A DNA stretch of 64,000 nt from Trichosphaerium sp. ATCC 40318 (lineage: Eukaryota; Protista; Tubulinea), in contig JALMLS010000210.1 in NCBI GenBank assembly GCA_038496445.1, positions 106,448 to 170,447 on the forward strand, given 5' to 3'. Shown piece after piece: positions 53,733-64,000 of the stretch. How positions within the stretch are numbered: position 1 is the first letter of the stretch; the number at the start of each line of letters is the position of its first letter. A program made the translations under genes and the position numbers. A model generated the notes under the pieces. That model had not been told where the DNA came from. It made no database searches and worked only from the letters and a program-made list of their open reading frames with translations.

Positions 53733-55456
53733 TTACATTAAACTGCTTCGTTGAATAGGTAGGTGTCTAGCTTTTGACGGATTAGTCTTGCTCTGCTCTT
53801 CTTCACTATTATCCCATAGATTATAAACAATATCTCTATCTGAATCATCTCCTGTGTTGCCATACCAAGCTTGTAAATGGCTGTAATCTGAATAGTCTGT
53901 TCCATTTGTATAATTCAGTCTTTACCAAAAACAAGTCATTATCTCGCTCCTGCTTTAATAAATTATTGCTGCGTACCTCACTTTGACATGTAGTAATATT
54001 ATTATAGCTACTAGAATCCACTCCATTATCTTAATAGCCTTTGAGAATATTAGAAAGGCTCGAAAGAAAAAAATAAGAAGCATAATTATATTAATTAAAC
54101 ACGTGCGTATATTGTAGCTAGTCGAATTCTCTCATATTTTAGACTCTGATCCATAGATTCAGGATGGAATAACCACACAAAGTATAGACAAGCCATGATA
54201 GAGAAAATAATAGTGGCAGACAGCATGAACACCCAAACCTTTTACAAATCCAAGGTAAGGTATTAAAACTTTCGATTTCACTAAAAAACTGTTGTACCTT
54301 TACTACCACGCCACGTAGCTTTCTTTTTGAAACAAAGTTTCGTCTCGAGTATCGAAGAATAGTTATTGATACTACCAACGTTGCTACGATACAAAATACA
54401 AGTAGTAAAACGCCTAAAACTTGTCAGAAAAAAAGCTAAAAAAGAATGAAAAAAGAAAAGTCCTGCAATGCGGAAGCATATCAATGCAACTGAGCAATGT
54501 CTAAGGAGAATTTATTTGCGGTGTGGATTGATGCTACATAGCAGGTACCTGTAATATAGAATGCCCGTTGTAAAAGAATAAGTCTATCACTTTTTGTCAT
54601 TATTATCCCAACTCTAAAGCCTATGATGACTGTGAAGATTGCGGGTATAGATAATATACAGCCATAAGCAATAACTTTAAAATACGCTTTGCGAAAGGTA
54701 AGCTTTCCGACTATCAAGGCATAGCGACCAAGAGTCAAAATCCACACAGAATACCTATCAACAAAAAAAAAACATGAGAATAATTTTCTTATAAGTTACC
54801 GTACAATGAAGCCATTGCCATAGCAGAAAGTATAGAATCTGTAATGAAATCGAACCTACCTAATTGACTCAAAGGATCCACTGAAAACCACAAGACATTA
54901 ACTAAATAACCAAAGCAATCAGAACACCAAAAAAAGAACACTGCGCTGAAAAAAAAAACACGTACAGATACAACAAACGAATATCATTGTAAATTCACAT
55001 GCCATCAATGCTTTAAGAATACCCTTCAATATTATAAATACTTTAAATCTCTTCTTGAACAACAATACAGCCAACGTCACTACAAAAGTTATACGGAACT
55101 CAAACAAGGCCTTCCCAAAAAACTACTGTCACTTCACAGCAACAAGTAATTCTTCGCACGGTGTACTTACAAAATATTAACAAGATATAAGATACGCTCC
55201 CAAGTATCCTAAACGCAAGCCATGTCAAAGGGTGCGCCGTATTAACGTTTTTGTCGCAAAAAGATCCTAATTAACAAATTTAGCGTTCTGAACTGCTTTT
55301 TTCTTTATCACGTGATGTTTTTAACGTAGCACGTGGTAAATTTTATCAATTACCGTAGTATAGCATATTACAATAGCAAGAACCATCTGATAGTGTTATA
55401 CCGTTTGGTGCGCACACGTAGGTAGTGTTCAACACGCTAGAATTCGATGCGGCCAT
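53733..55456 (-). CDS. EGF-like N-terminus + multi-pass (7TM-like, THH1/TOM1/TOM3-type) membrane protein
   Basis: CAPNG...GSCYCNMLYYGSFCD, then several hydrophobic helices including WFSVDP. Confidence 0.65.
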
Positions 55457-56119
55457 CTTGGCATCATTTGCTGAAACAAAATTAACTTGGGACTGAGAAG
55501 TCAAGCTTATTATACCGAGGTTACGCAGCGTGGGCGCTAGAAGCCTAAAATGAATAATACAACGTCGTCTTTTCTGGTTTGCCGGTAGTGTACGCGTAGA
55601 GATAATCTATCTACTTGTTGGGTTGTCATATAAATTGTCGCTGTTTTTTGACAAAACGTTGCGCTGTGGTAGCGCTATTAGACAACGCGTATGTACTCGA
55701 TGAGATAGAATACTTGTTTACTTTTTTTTTTTCAAACATCTCAATACTCGAAAACAGGTATTTGCAGTATGTCGACTTCCACTTAAATGCTTCTGGTTTG
55801 CGGCAAAGGCCGAAAGCAGAGCAAGTTTCCTGTACAAATCTACCCAGAATACAAGTATCATACAAGTTATATTGGCAGTCTCGAAGCAGTTAAGATCTAC
55901 TGTTTGATCTATTGCTTGTATCCAATGAAAAAAATACAAAATCTCCATCCCAAACAACTGAGTTGTTTGTGAGTAACTCAGCAAACAAAACTAGAAGGTA
56001 ACCTTTACTGACAAATATATAAGACTTTATAGTCGTGCATACTAACTGTGGGCGCTTGGTACTATGTAAGTGGCTCAGTCTTTCTCGCACAGGAATGTGG
56101 CTATCGTAGAATTTCTCTT

Positions 56120-56400
56120 CATTCCATGTATTTTCCTTTTAGGGTACCACTAGCATAAGTACATTGTATAGCCAATATGCCATTTCATACCACATCTTGG
56201 ACTCTGTAATTGACCAAGTAACTTGTTTTCAATCATAATTACAGAGCGTTTTGGCATGAAAATGGTAAGTGATGATTCGATCTAACTACATCAATGGCAA
56301 AAGGAAGGAGAGGACTTGGTTTAAAAATAGAGTACCACAGCTTGTAGTCCCCTTCCCATTCGCCATCAACGTAAGTAGTTTGTTTCCATAATTCACTGTT
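56120..56400 (-). pseudogene. decayed MORN-variant repeat relic
   Basis: Minus-strand fragments ELWKQTTYVDGEWEGDYKLWY and ESKMWYE/NGILAIQCTYASGTLKGKY with stops and frameshifts. Confidence 0.65.
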
Positions 56401-56749
56401 AGTCTGTTACGTTATATATAAAATAGTTTCTGAAAATGATGTTAAACCTAAACAAGAAAACAACAATGAGCTGTACACAGTAAAAAAAACAGGAGATTTT
56501 ACGCGACTCTACAACCTGTATCAATCGTGTCAGCTACCGTTGCACATGACCCAGATAAAAAGTCAGGTATAACATCTGTCTCACGACCGGCAGCAAGGAA
56601 TAGAACACCACCAACAATTTCTCCTGTTAAACAATATTCATTTTCATGGTCCTGTCACGTGTACCATATTCTGAGAGTTGTTGAATTTAGACGTCACTAT
56701 GACAACGAGAATGACACTTTGAACAACTGATTTTTACTGTTTCTCTCTA

Positions 56750-57880
56750 TCTTACGGTGAGGCTTCAACCGATCAAATCGTACAAATAATGCTATCTACA
56801 CCTCCAAAGGCGGTAAATTGAAAAATCTGATTTCAGTACCAAACCACTCAGAATTAGTAGTTCAATATCAATGCCGTTAAGTTTCGTGACGAAAATCTAC
56901 TCAAAATCTTGTAGAACCAATACGAAGGATGCCGTTTGGCCGCACTAGCGCTCCCGCTACAAGTTCGGTAGCAATACGCTACACCATCTTGGCCATGTAG
57001 AATCGACAGGGCACATAGCGCCTGATCTAGCAAAGATCAGTGCTATTTCTAACATCTCGACTACCAAATACTTTTCAGACTCATGTGCATGCCTATGAAA
57101 AACTGGTTACTACAGACGATTTATAAAGGGCACGCTAAGATACTATGGCAGCACCTCTCACCAGTATGCTTAAGAAAGACAAGTAATTGAACTGGTCCAA
57201 CCCTCATGATGATGGTGCATTCGACTCACTTACAACAGCATTGGTTTCCCAATACTTGCACCTGCACAGATTTACTCTTTTCACAGATACATCAGACGTT
57301 GGCATTGGTGTACTCACACAGATCAATAGATGGTGATGAAAAGGTAATTGTGTACCGCAGTGGAGTATTCCAACCAGCAGAAAAGAATTACTCTGTCACA
57401 GAACGTGAATGTTTAGCCATTGCAGACGGTTCAAAAAGTTTAGATGTCACTGATGGGTACTTTACCGTTATGTAACAATGCGTTTCTTACAAAGTTTTAA
57501 ATAAAAGATAATCACAGTGAAAAGGCTTGAGGTTTGTTAGCGTCGTAAAGGCTTGCTGTCGCTGCGCCTAATTTTTTTCTTTTCGAACCGCTGTGCTTGG
57601 CAGCAAATGTCAGTACTGCAGTGTAGTTGAGAAGCAAGTGATTTGGCGAGATGTCGCTCAGAAATCATCAGAAAAGCGTACAGTGATAGAGCGAAACAAG
57701 TACGAAACGGTTTTTCAAAATAAAGTTGTAGAAAAACCCTTATGGTAAAACCTATTTTCTTTGCAGTTTGCAGTAATGTAGAACGTGTTTTCGCGGACTA
57801 TTTTTTAACCCGATAGGGAACACAAAGTATTATCATAACGAGAACTGGTAACGAATTCGTCGACCAGTTTTTGCGCCAGG
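56750..57880 (+). mobile_element. degenerate Ty3/Gypsy LTR-retrotransposon pol fragment (end of RT, RNase H, trace of integrase)
   Basis: LGHV...PDLAKISAI, GYYRRFIKG, AAPLTSMLKKD, TDTSDVGIG, AEKNYSVTERECLAI; multiple stops and frameshifts; no LTR identified. Confidence 0.85.
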
Positions 57881-60800
57881 CAGACGCTGTAGTCACTTGG
57901 GGTTTTTTTGTGTGATGTTGAGATAGATTTTTTTCTCTTGCGTCTGTTGTTATTTTCTATCCCACTGGTTTCGTTTGTAACACTTTAGATTGGTAGGCTA
58001 TTTAAATTACACTGTTTTTGCGCTAAACAGAACCAACAACACTGCGGGGCATGAAAACGGCACCAAAGAACTCTTTACGCACCACAATGCGCTACTCTAC
58101 TCTCCAAAGAACATGTACTACAACAGTTTTTTCTGCTATTTTGTCTATCTACGACAACATGCAGTCTGTACATTGCCCTACCACGGCGGATACCCGATAT
58201 ATTGTGTTACTAGTATTGAGCACTAACAACCATCAGTATTTTGCAACAACTTTTTTTTTGACATGACGTGCGCCTATGATCTTTGTAGCAACCATGAACG
58301 CTTCCACCCATTTGTTGTCTAAACCTTAATGATGTAGTATCCGCTGGTTGGCGATGACATGTTCATAGCAATCCGTGTCATTCAGGTTTGAATAGTTGTG
58401 ATCTAGTTTATATGCTCTCCTCCGTGTACAGCTTTACTTTGGTTGCTTGTTTCATTCAATATGAGGCTCCTTTAGAAGTCAAAAATTTGTTCATCTTCTA
58501 TTTTTTTTTTTTTTTTTCAGGAATAAAAACGTTTTCTTGTTCAATGAAAACCAAGCGGCGAAAATATTTTTATTGCAGTTTTATACGCACATATACATGT
58601 CGCATTAGTGTGCAAAGAATCAGGTCAAAAATCGATTTTTCAAGCCAGATATTATGACTTCTTTCTGGTTTTTTTGAGCCAAAAACGAGGAATGTTTACA
58701 AATCTTTTTCTCGTTGAAAATACAAAACGTGTGTATTGACATGTAGATCTGTTGTGAAAAAAATCAGAACTGAACTTGAATGTGTTTGCCATAAATGGTA
58801 CCTTTCTTATTTTTTTCTGTATTTTCACTGTGAAAATTGTTGTGTCACTGGCAGGATGTTATGGATTTATTTGAGCACACTGACCATTCAAAGATACCGA
58901 CGGTAATAATAGTATTTACATGCTGATGTCTCAACCTTTTAGTCGTTATGGTGACCGTTGCAGGTCCATCGCTGCAGTAATTTATGCAGTTACAATATGT
59001 TCCTTTGAACTTTGTTCATGTTTGCATAGCTCTTCTCTAGTTTTATCAACCTTATTATTTGCTTCTTGTAACTCTAGTTCAATTCCATGTTACACTAACA
59101 CTCTTGTCTAGTCACCAGGGATATTTATTGTCCATGAAATCCTTACAGTAATGTGAGGTTGGTTTTTTTTAATTGTCAGTTTGTTGGATGCTGGTTACCT
59201 TTTGGCCAGGGATATACTGTGCAGTACACTACAAAATACACAGTGTGCTCTCATACCTACTTCTTACACTTAGAGAAGTATAAACCATGATTGTTCATAT
59301 GATATTTAGGAAAGAATGAAAAAACACTCATCTTGAGTCTTGTCACTCCTGGCAATACCACAGGTTTGGTTAATGTAAGTGGTCCCAACAACTCAAGTAT
59401 AGACATTTAGCAGGAGTTTACAATAGTATAAAAAATATGCAGTACTGGATGTATATCCTGTAAGTACACAAACAAGTCTTTACTTTGAACTAGCTACTAA
59501 TTATGAAAGGCACAAGCACCGACAAGTTAAGAGGACAGCCAATAAAACCAGCCTACTACCAAGTTCATTACAAATTGATAGCTAGGGAAAGACCTCTTGA
59601 AGACATATGGTTGGTAAGCGATGTCAAAAACCAATTTATGATATTTCTGTTTGGGATTTCAAAGTATAGAGCTCTATGCGTTGGTAGCTTCACTTGTATT
59701 TCTATACAGAAAAATATTTGAAAAAGTCAACAATTAATGGATGCAATTTTTATTGGCTACCTTGTTTCTGTCTTTGTGTCAATAAAGGTATCCTTCACCT
59801 CCTATACTATACTATTCTTTATGTATAGAATGAACAAATTAGGTACATATTATAACTGGAACTATACCAGACGCTATTCAGGGAGTTGTATTCTCCCTTG
59901 TTTCTACAAGGAATAAATGGCAAAAAAGATTGCAAAAGTTTCTCCAAAAGTAATAGTTTGGTGTCAGTGGTAGATGTTACTCTATGTTCCTTAGTTATAA
60001 ACAGAATAGCTTATCTATGCGTGCTGTTAAAAGAACTAGTGCTATTTCTTGTTCTCATTTTAGAGACCAAAATGAGTAGTCTCAGAACATTAAATTATTT
60101 CACCTGCAACTTACTTTTTGATCGAGATTTATTATATATCTCGCTTGTATGTAATAAATTCTCTAGCAATAATATTCTTCCACTCGCATGATCTATGATG
60201 GAAATAGGGAAGAACCATCTTTTGTCCTAAAATGCGGAGTAAGTGTGGTGACTTCACAAAGACGCTTCAAAATCTTTAATAAAAAACTGCGATTTCGCTT
60301 ACATTGCAAGACTTCACTTTTGGCTCCCTTTTTCTGTGTTTCGTTTGTGAGTTACAGCACTGCTAACACCTGAGGTAGCGAAAGGTCTGTATTTGTTGAT
60401 GTACAAAGTCATTTTTTCTCATGTATAAACCAAACCTATTCCTTTCAATGATGTGTATTTTTAGGCGTCACGTTACACTTGATGTTATGTTAAGCCAAAA
60501 TTGCGTAAAATTTGACACATGTCAAAATGTCTACATTTTAGTCGATGCCTTTTTGCGGGTATGTACATTAGGATGTGAATACCTAGTGTGCTAGGCGGTT
60601 TTTTTCAATCCAATTGGAGAGCTGCAGTACCGATAGCACTAATTAGGAATAAAACTACGACTAAAGTCTGATTTCAAAGAACACTGAGCGAATGTGACAA
60701 ATGTTAGATTTGATTTCTCTTGTTACTTTTCTAACCATGTAACCAAGTTAGCGCGCAATCGACTACAATTCAGAGGAATAAACGTAGTGTTAAAAGTCCA

Positions 60801-61449
60801 CAGACTTTCTAAAAACAAATAGCCTAGGACAAGAACAGACGCACACAAAAACTGTTGATCGCTGGGCACAAGAAGTCTAGCTAGTCGTTGTGTACTAACA
60901 GCGAACTTTTTAAAAGCTATAACATCCAAAGTATGGGACGATGCAACTAACGCAATATGTACATAACCAGTATAGTGCAATGCAGGAGCGACCAAAGTTA
61001 ATTTACTTGTACACGCACGGAATGTGTGTATTCTCAGCTAGAGTACTTGTGCTTAGCAACCCTTATCGTCTTGGCGTGGCGAGTTACGCTTTGGCTGATA
61101 GCTACTACGATATTTCACACGGCGTAGAAAGATGAATTTACTGAGCAAAGACCTAGTACTAGTAACATGAAAAGCAACTAATTTTTATTGAGAAAGAATT
61201 CAAAAAACTACCGTTAAAGAAAAAGCATGACTTTGCTTCTTGTGGAGGAAAGAACTACGCTGCAACAACATGGAGTATTGGCTGAACTCTGTTTAGCCTT
61301 TATTGTAGAGGTATCCCATTCGTAGGTGATAAGGGTTTACTGTTACCTCGTGCAGCTCCGTTGTGGTTTATTCTTTTCCCCATCATACTGCCAAAGCACC
61401 ACTACTGTCACCTACAATATTAATATAAGTTAAATAGATAACTGGTATC

Positions 61450-62997
61450 ATTTCTAACCAGAAAGAAAAATTACTTGGTTGCACATGCTATGCGACCGTG
61501 AAGTAAAAAAGTGTTCAATTGTATTGAATTAGAGGTGTTCGTGGTCCAGTCCCGGCAAAGCCAACGGCTAAGAAACTCTTCACAAAATCTGTAATCGGCT
61601 AAACCATTTAAAAATGTGAGATTTTGTTGGTGTTACAAATTTTTTAAGTCCTGCATGCTCCTAATGGCTTTGAAATTCGTTTTGTTCGATGCATAGGTCC
61701 AAATAATATCAAGCAAAAAAATACAAACATGGTTTGAGTTTTACGGGGGCAGGTCCTCTAATTTTATTAGTTAGGTCATGCAGTACCTCTAATTTTATTT
61801 TCTGATTGTATACAGCGTACTTTTCACAGTCACGTGTTTTAGAAAATTACCATTCTGTTAACAGTAATTTAAACGTAAACAGCCATAGATCCTAATCAGT
61901 GAACACTAGTTGGCCTAATTACTGTTACGATAATGTCTCAACAGTAGGCCCTCTAATTTATGTTAAGCGCACTCAACTGTTCATAATCAACAACAACTAC
62001 AGAACTAACAACAACGCTTACTATGGAACCTATGGAACCCAAAGAACTGGAAGAGCCAAAGAGTATTTTTACACACTCTTTCCGAACATTAAGCGAATGC
62101 CTAACATTTATTACTATGATGGTACACGCACAACGCTCAGAAAAGTCATGAAGGAAAGAAAACTTGTGTTCAAGAGACCGAACTACCCAGAAGCAGAGTA
62201 CCACCGTGTTTTAGCCAATGATTTGCGCATTGTGCCTTTGGACATTGCCAAGTTGAAGTTGGGGTTATTGATGAAAAACTCCAAAAGAACAGGTACCTTT
62301 TTTCTTTTGATCATGTGGTTTTTTTTCAGAATAGGCCCTCTATTTTTTTACTTGTGTTGACTTTATTAATAGACAATGGATGCTTGGTGCTCACTGCCAA
62401 TGCCAAACTAGATAAGAAAGGATATCCCAGAGCTTGTATTGGAGGTGTGTACTTTAAACTCCACCACTTGGCTAGATATTGTCATTCAGGTATTACCATT
62501 TATACTGAAGTACCTGGTGTTGATGGAGATGATAAATATGTAGTTTGGACAGGCTACAACCGTTGTAAAATAGATGGAAGCCATTTATGTCATAACAAGG
62601 AGTGCTTTGATGCTGCTCATGTGGTATTTGAACCATCTGTTGTTAACCAAAGAAGAAATACCTGTGTTGCACAAGGCTATTGCTCTGGCCATGTGTACAA
62701 TGGAATTGTAGCACCAGATTGCATTCTTTAAATGCCAAAACATTGTTTTTCAATAAACATAGTCTCAATTTGCAACAGTAGTACCTCTAATTTAGTTAAG
62801 GGCAGTCCCAAAAGCTAAAAGGCACCCTGTTGGAAAGATATTAGTAAGACTTGTTAAGTTTTCCACCAAATTGTCCTTTACCTTGTTTATAATATTTCCT
62901 TCAACAAGATTTGCAACGCCATGAGTATCACCAGTAATCTCACCAAGTTTTCCAGACGTTGACTCAGCATGTGCAACCAAATTTTCTGGTTAGAAAT
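61450..62997. mobile_element. candidate ~1.55-kb element bounded by inverted repeats and carrying a His-Cys-box nuclease
   Basis: ATTTCTAACCAGAAA (61450-61464) and TTGGTTGCACATGCT (61475-61489) are exact reverse complements of 62983-62997 and 62966-62980; no clear TSD. Confidence 0.45.
61933..62731 (+). CDS. His-Me finger / His-Cys box endonuclease (I-PpoI-like, zf-His_Me_endon)
   Basis: GT-AG intron ~62293-62372 joins ...NSKRT/DNGCLV; GYPR, HHLA, GSHLCHNKECFDAAHVVFEPSVVNQRRNTC...CSGH...PDC; AATAAA at ~62752; start is either 62097 or 61933 (via intron 61944-62002). Confidence 0.88.
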
Positions 62998-64000
62998 AGC
63001 ACAATTCTCAGTCTCCAAATTCACGCTAAATACTAAGAAACGCTCTGAACAGATACATGTAAGCAAGAGGATAGACAAAGAACATTTAGCGTACAGAAAC
63101 TTGGTGCCAATCAATAAGTAATGTTTGTGCAAGTTTTGTAAAATTCAAGGCAACTTTGCACTTTCTACACTTTCAATTATTGTAGGATATAATTGGCCGG
63201 CCTTATTTATTCTACCAGTCTTAACCACTTACAAACAATAAAGCATTTAGAGTAATTCGAGATGTACAGACATCTTGGCACGTGACTTGCAATCCCGTTT
63301 GATTTTAAGTTGTTTATTTGTTTTTTCTGTTATTGTATATGGATGGTGATAATCCGAAGAGATCCGAAGAGATGATGCAATATAAGAATAAAAAGAGAAA
63401 TAAAATTTCGTATTGTAAGTCGCTTGTAACAATAACTTCAATAGTCATTGCTACGCAGGACAAAAGCAGAGTTATTGTGTGAAATGAGGAAAATAACAAC
63501 GTAAAGAATCTCATGTCTTTCAATTAAGCATAGTTTCAAATGCATCCTTTATTTTCTTGCTATTTCTACACCTTTCCTAGTTGGCAATAGGTTGGCAGTA
63601 AAACAACATTTAAGCACCACATGGCAAAGAAACAATCACTTATTTCTAGTGCTATTAATCACTCGGTCTTAAAGTTGTGTCGACAAACAAAGACTGGACT
63701 GAGTCGTTCCTGAAAAAGACCGCGAAAGCTATTTGTATCAATTCCAAGTACGGACATCATTGAAATAAGATGTGAGCTCAAATTAACTTTATCATACGTA
63801 ACACAAGACGTACTATCCTTGAGCATGGGTTATTGATAAAGTAGCTTCTTAATCAATTACTATGAGTCTAGTGTTATGACTGAGCACTGGTCAGTGACAA
63901 CTGGTATATCTTTCAAAGTTGATTAAGTATTAACTGTCAGGGTACGGACCAAAGCCATTGACTGAAGCAGAGTGTTGCAAGAAAGGAATCTTATTTTCAG

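Noticed and set aside
57900-61400. Possible transposase or other genes next to the nuclease
   Set aside because: Only short stop-interrupted fragments (coiled-coil-like, TM-like) with no motif I can recognise; a translated profile search is needed
61450-64000. rDNA group I intron hosting the nuclease
   Set aside because: No recognisable SSU/LSU rRNA sequence or group I core in the flanks

Overview
AT-rich, gene-dense eukaryotic nuclear DNA with many short (~40-110 nt) spliceosomal introns (donors mostly GTACGT/GTAAGT, a few GC). It is most consistent with an amoeboid protist (inference). I spliced gene models by eye, so exon boundaries are approximate, and some frameshifts may be long-read homopolymer errors. 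Housekeeping and signalling genes: GHITM/BI-1-family protein, ankyrin-DH-PH RhoGEF, pinin, MRPL47, Ras, DHYC palmitoyltransferase, kelch protein, MORN-SAM protein and an EGF-7TM protein. These are interleaved with a fast-evolving accessory set: four MORN-variant repeat genes (three with an F-box-like N-terminus) plus two relics; two GH27 alpha-NAGAL-like paralogues (one lacking the acid/base Asp) plus a truncated third copy in a 1.6-kb inverted duplication; and several secreted or anchored surface proteins with bacterial-type heads on Pro/Thr stalks, including a mucin whose PTTEA stalk is built from tandem exons with cloned introns. The last 9 kb is gene-poor and holds a decayed Ty3/Gypsy pol. 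It also holds the top candidate for a new system: an apparently intact, intron-containing His-Cys-box (I-PpoI-like) nuclease gene outside rDNA, inside a ~1.55-kb unit bounded by inverted repeats and carrying a repeated CCTCTAATTT motif. No tRNA, rRNA or CRISPR array was seen.
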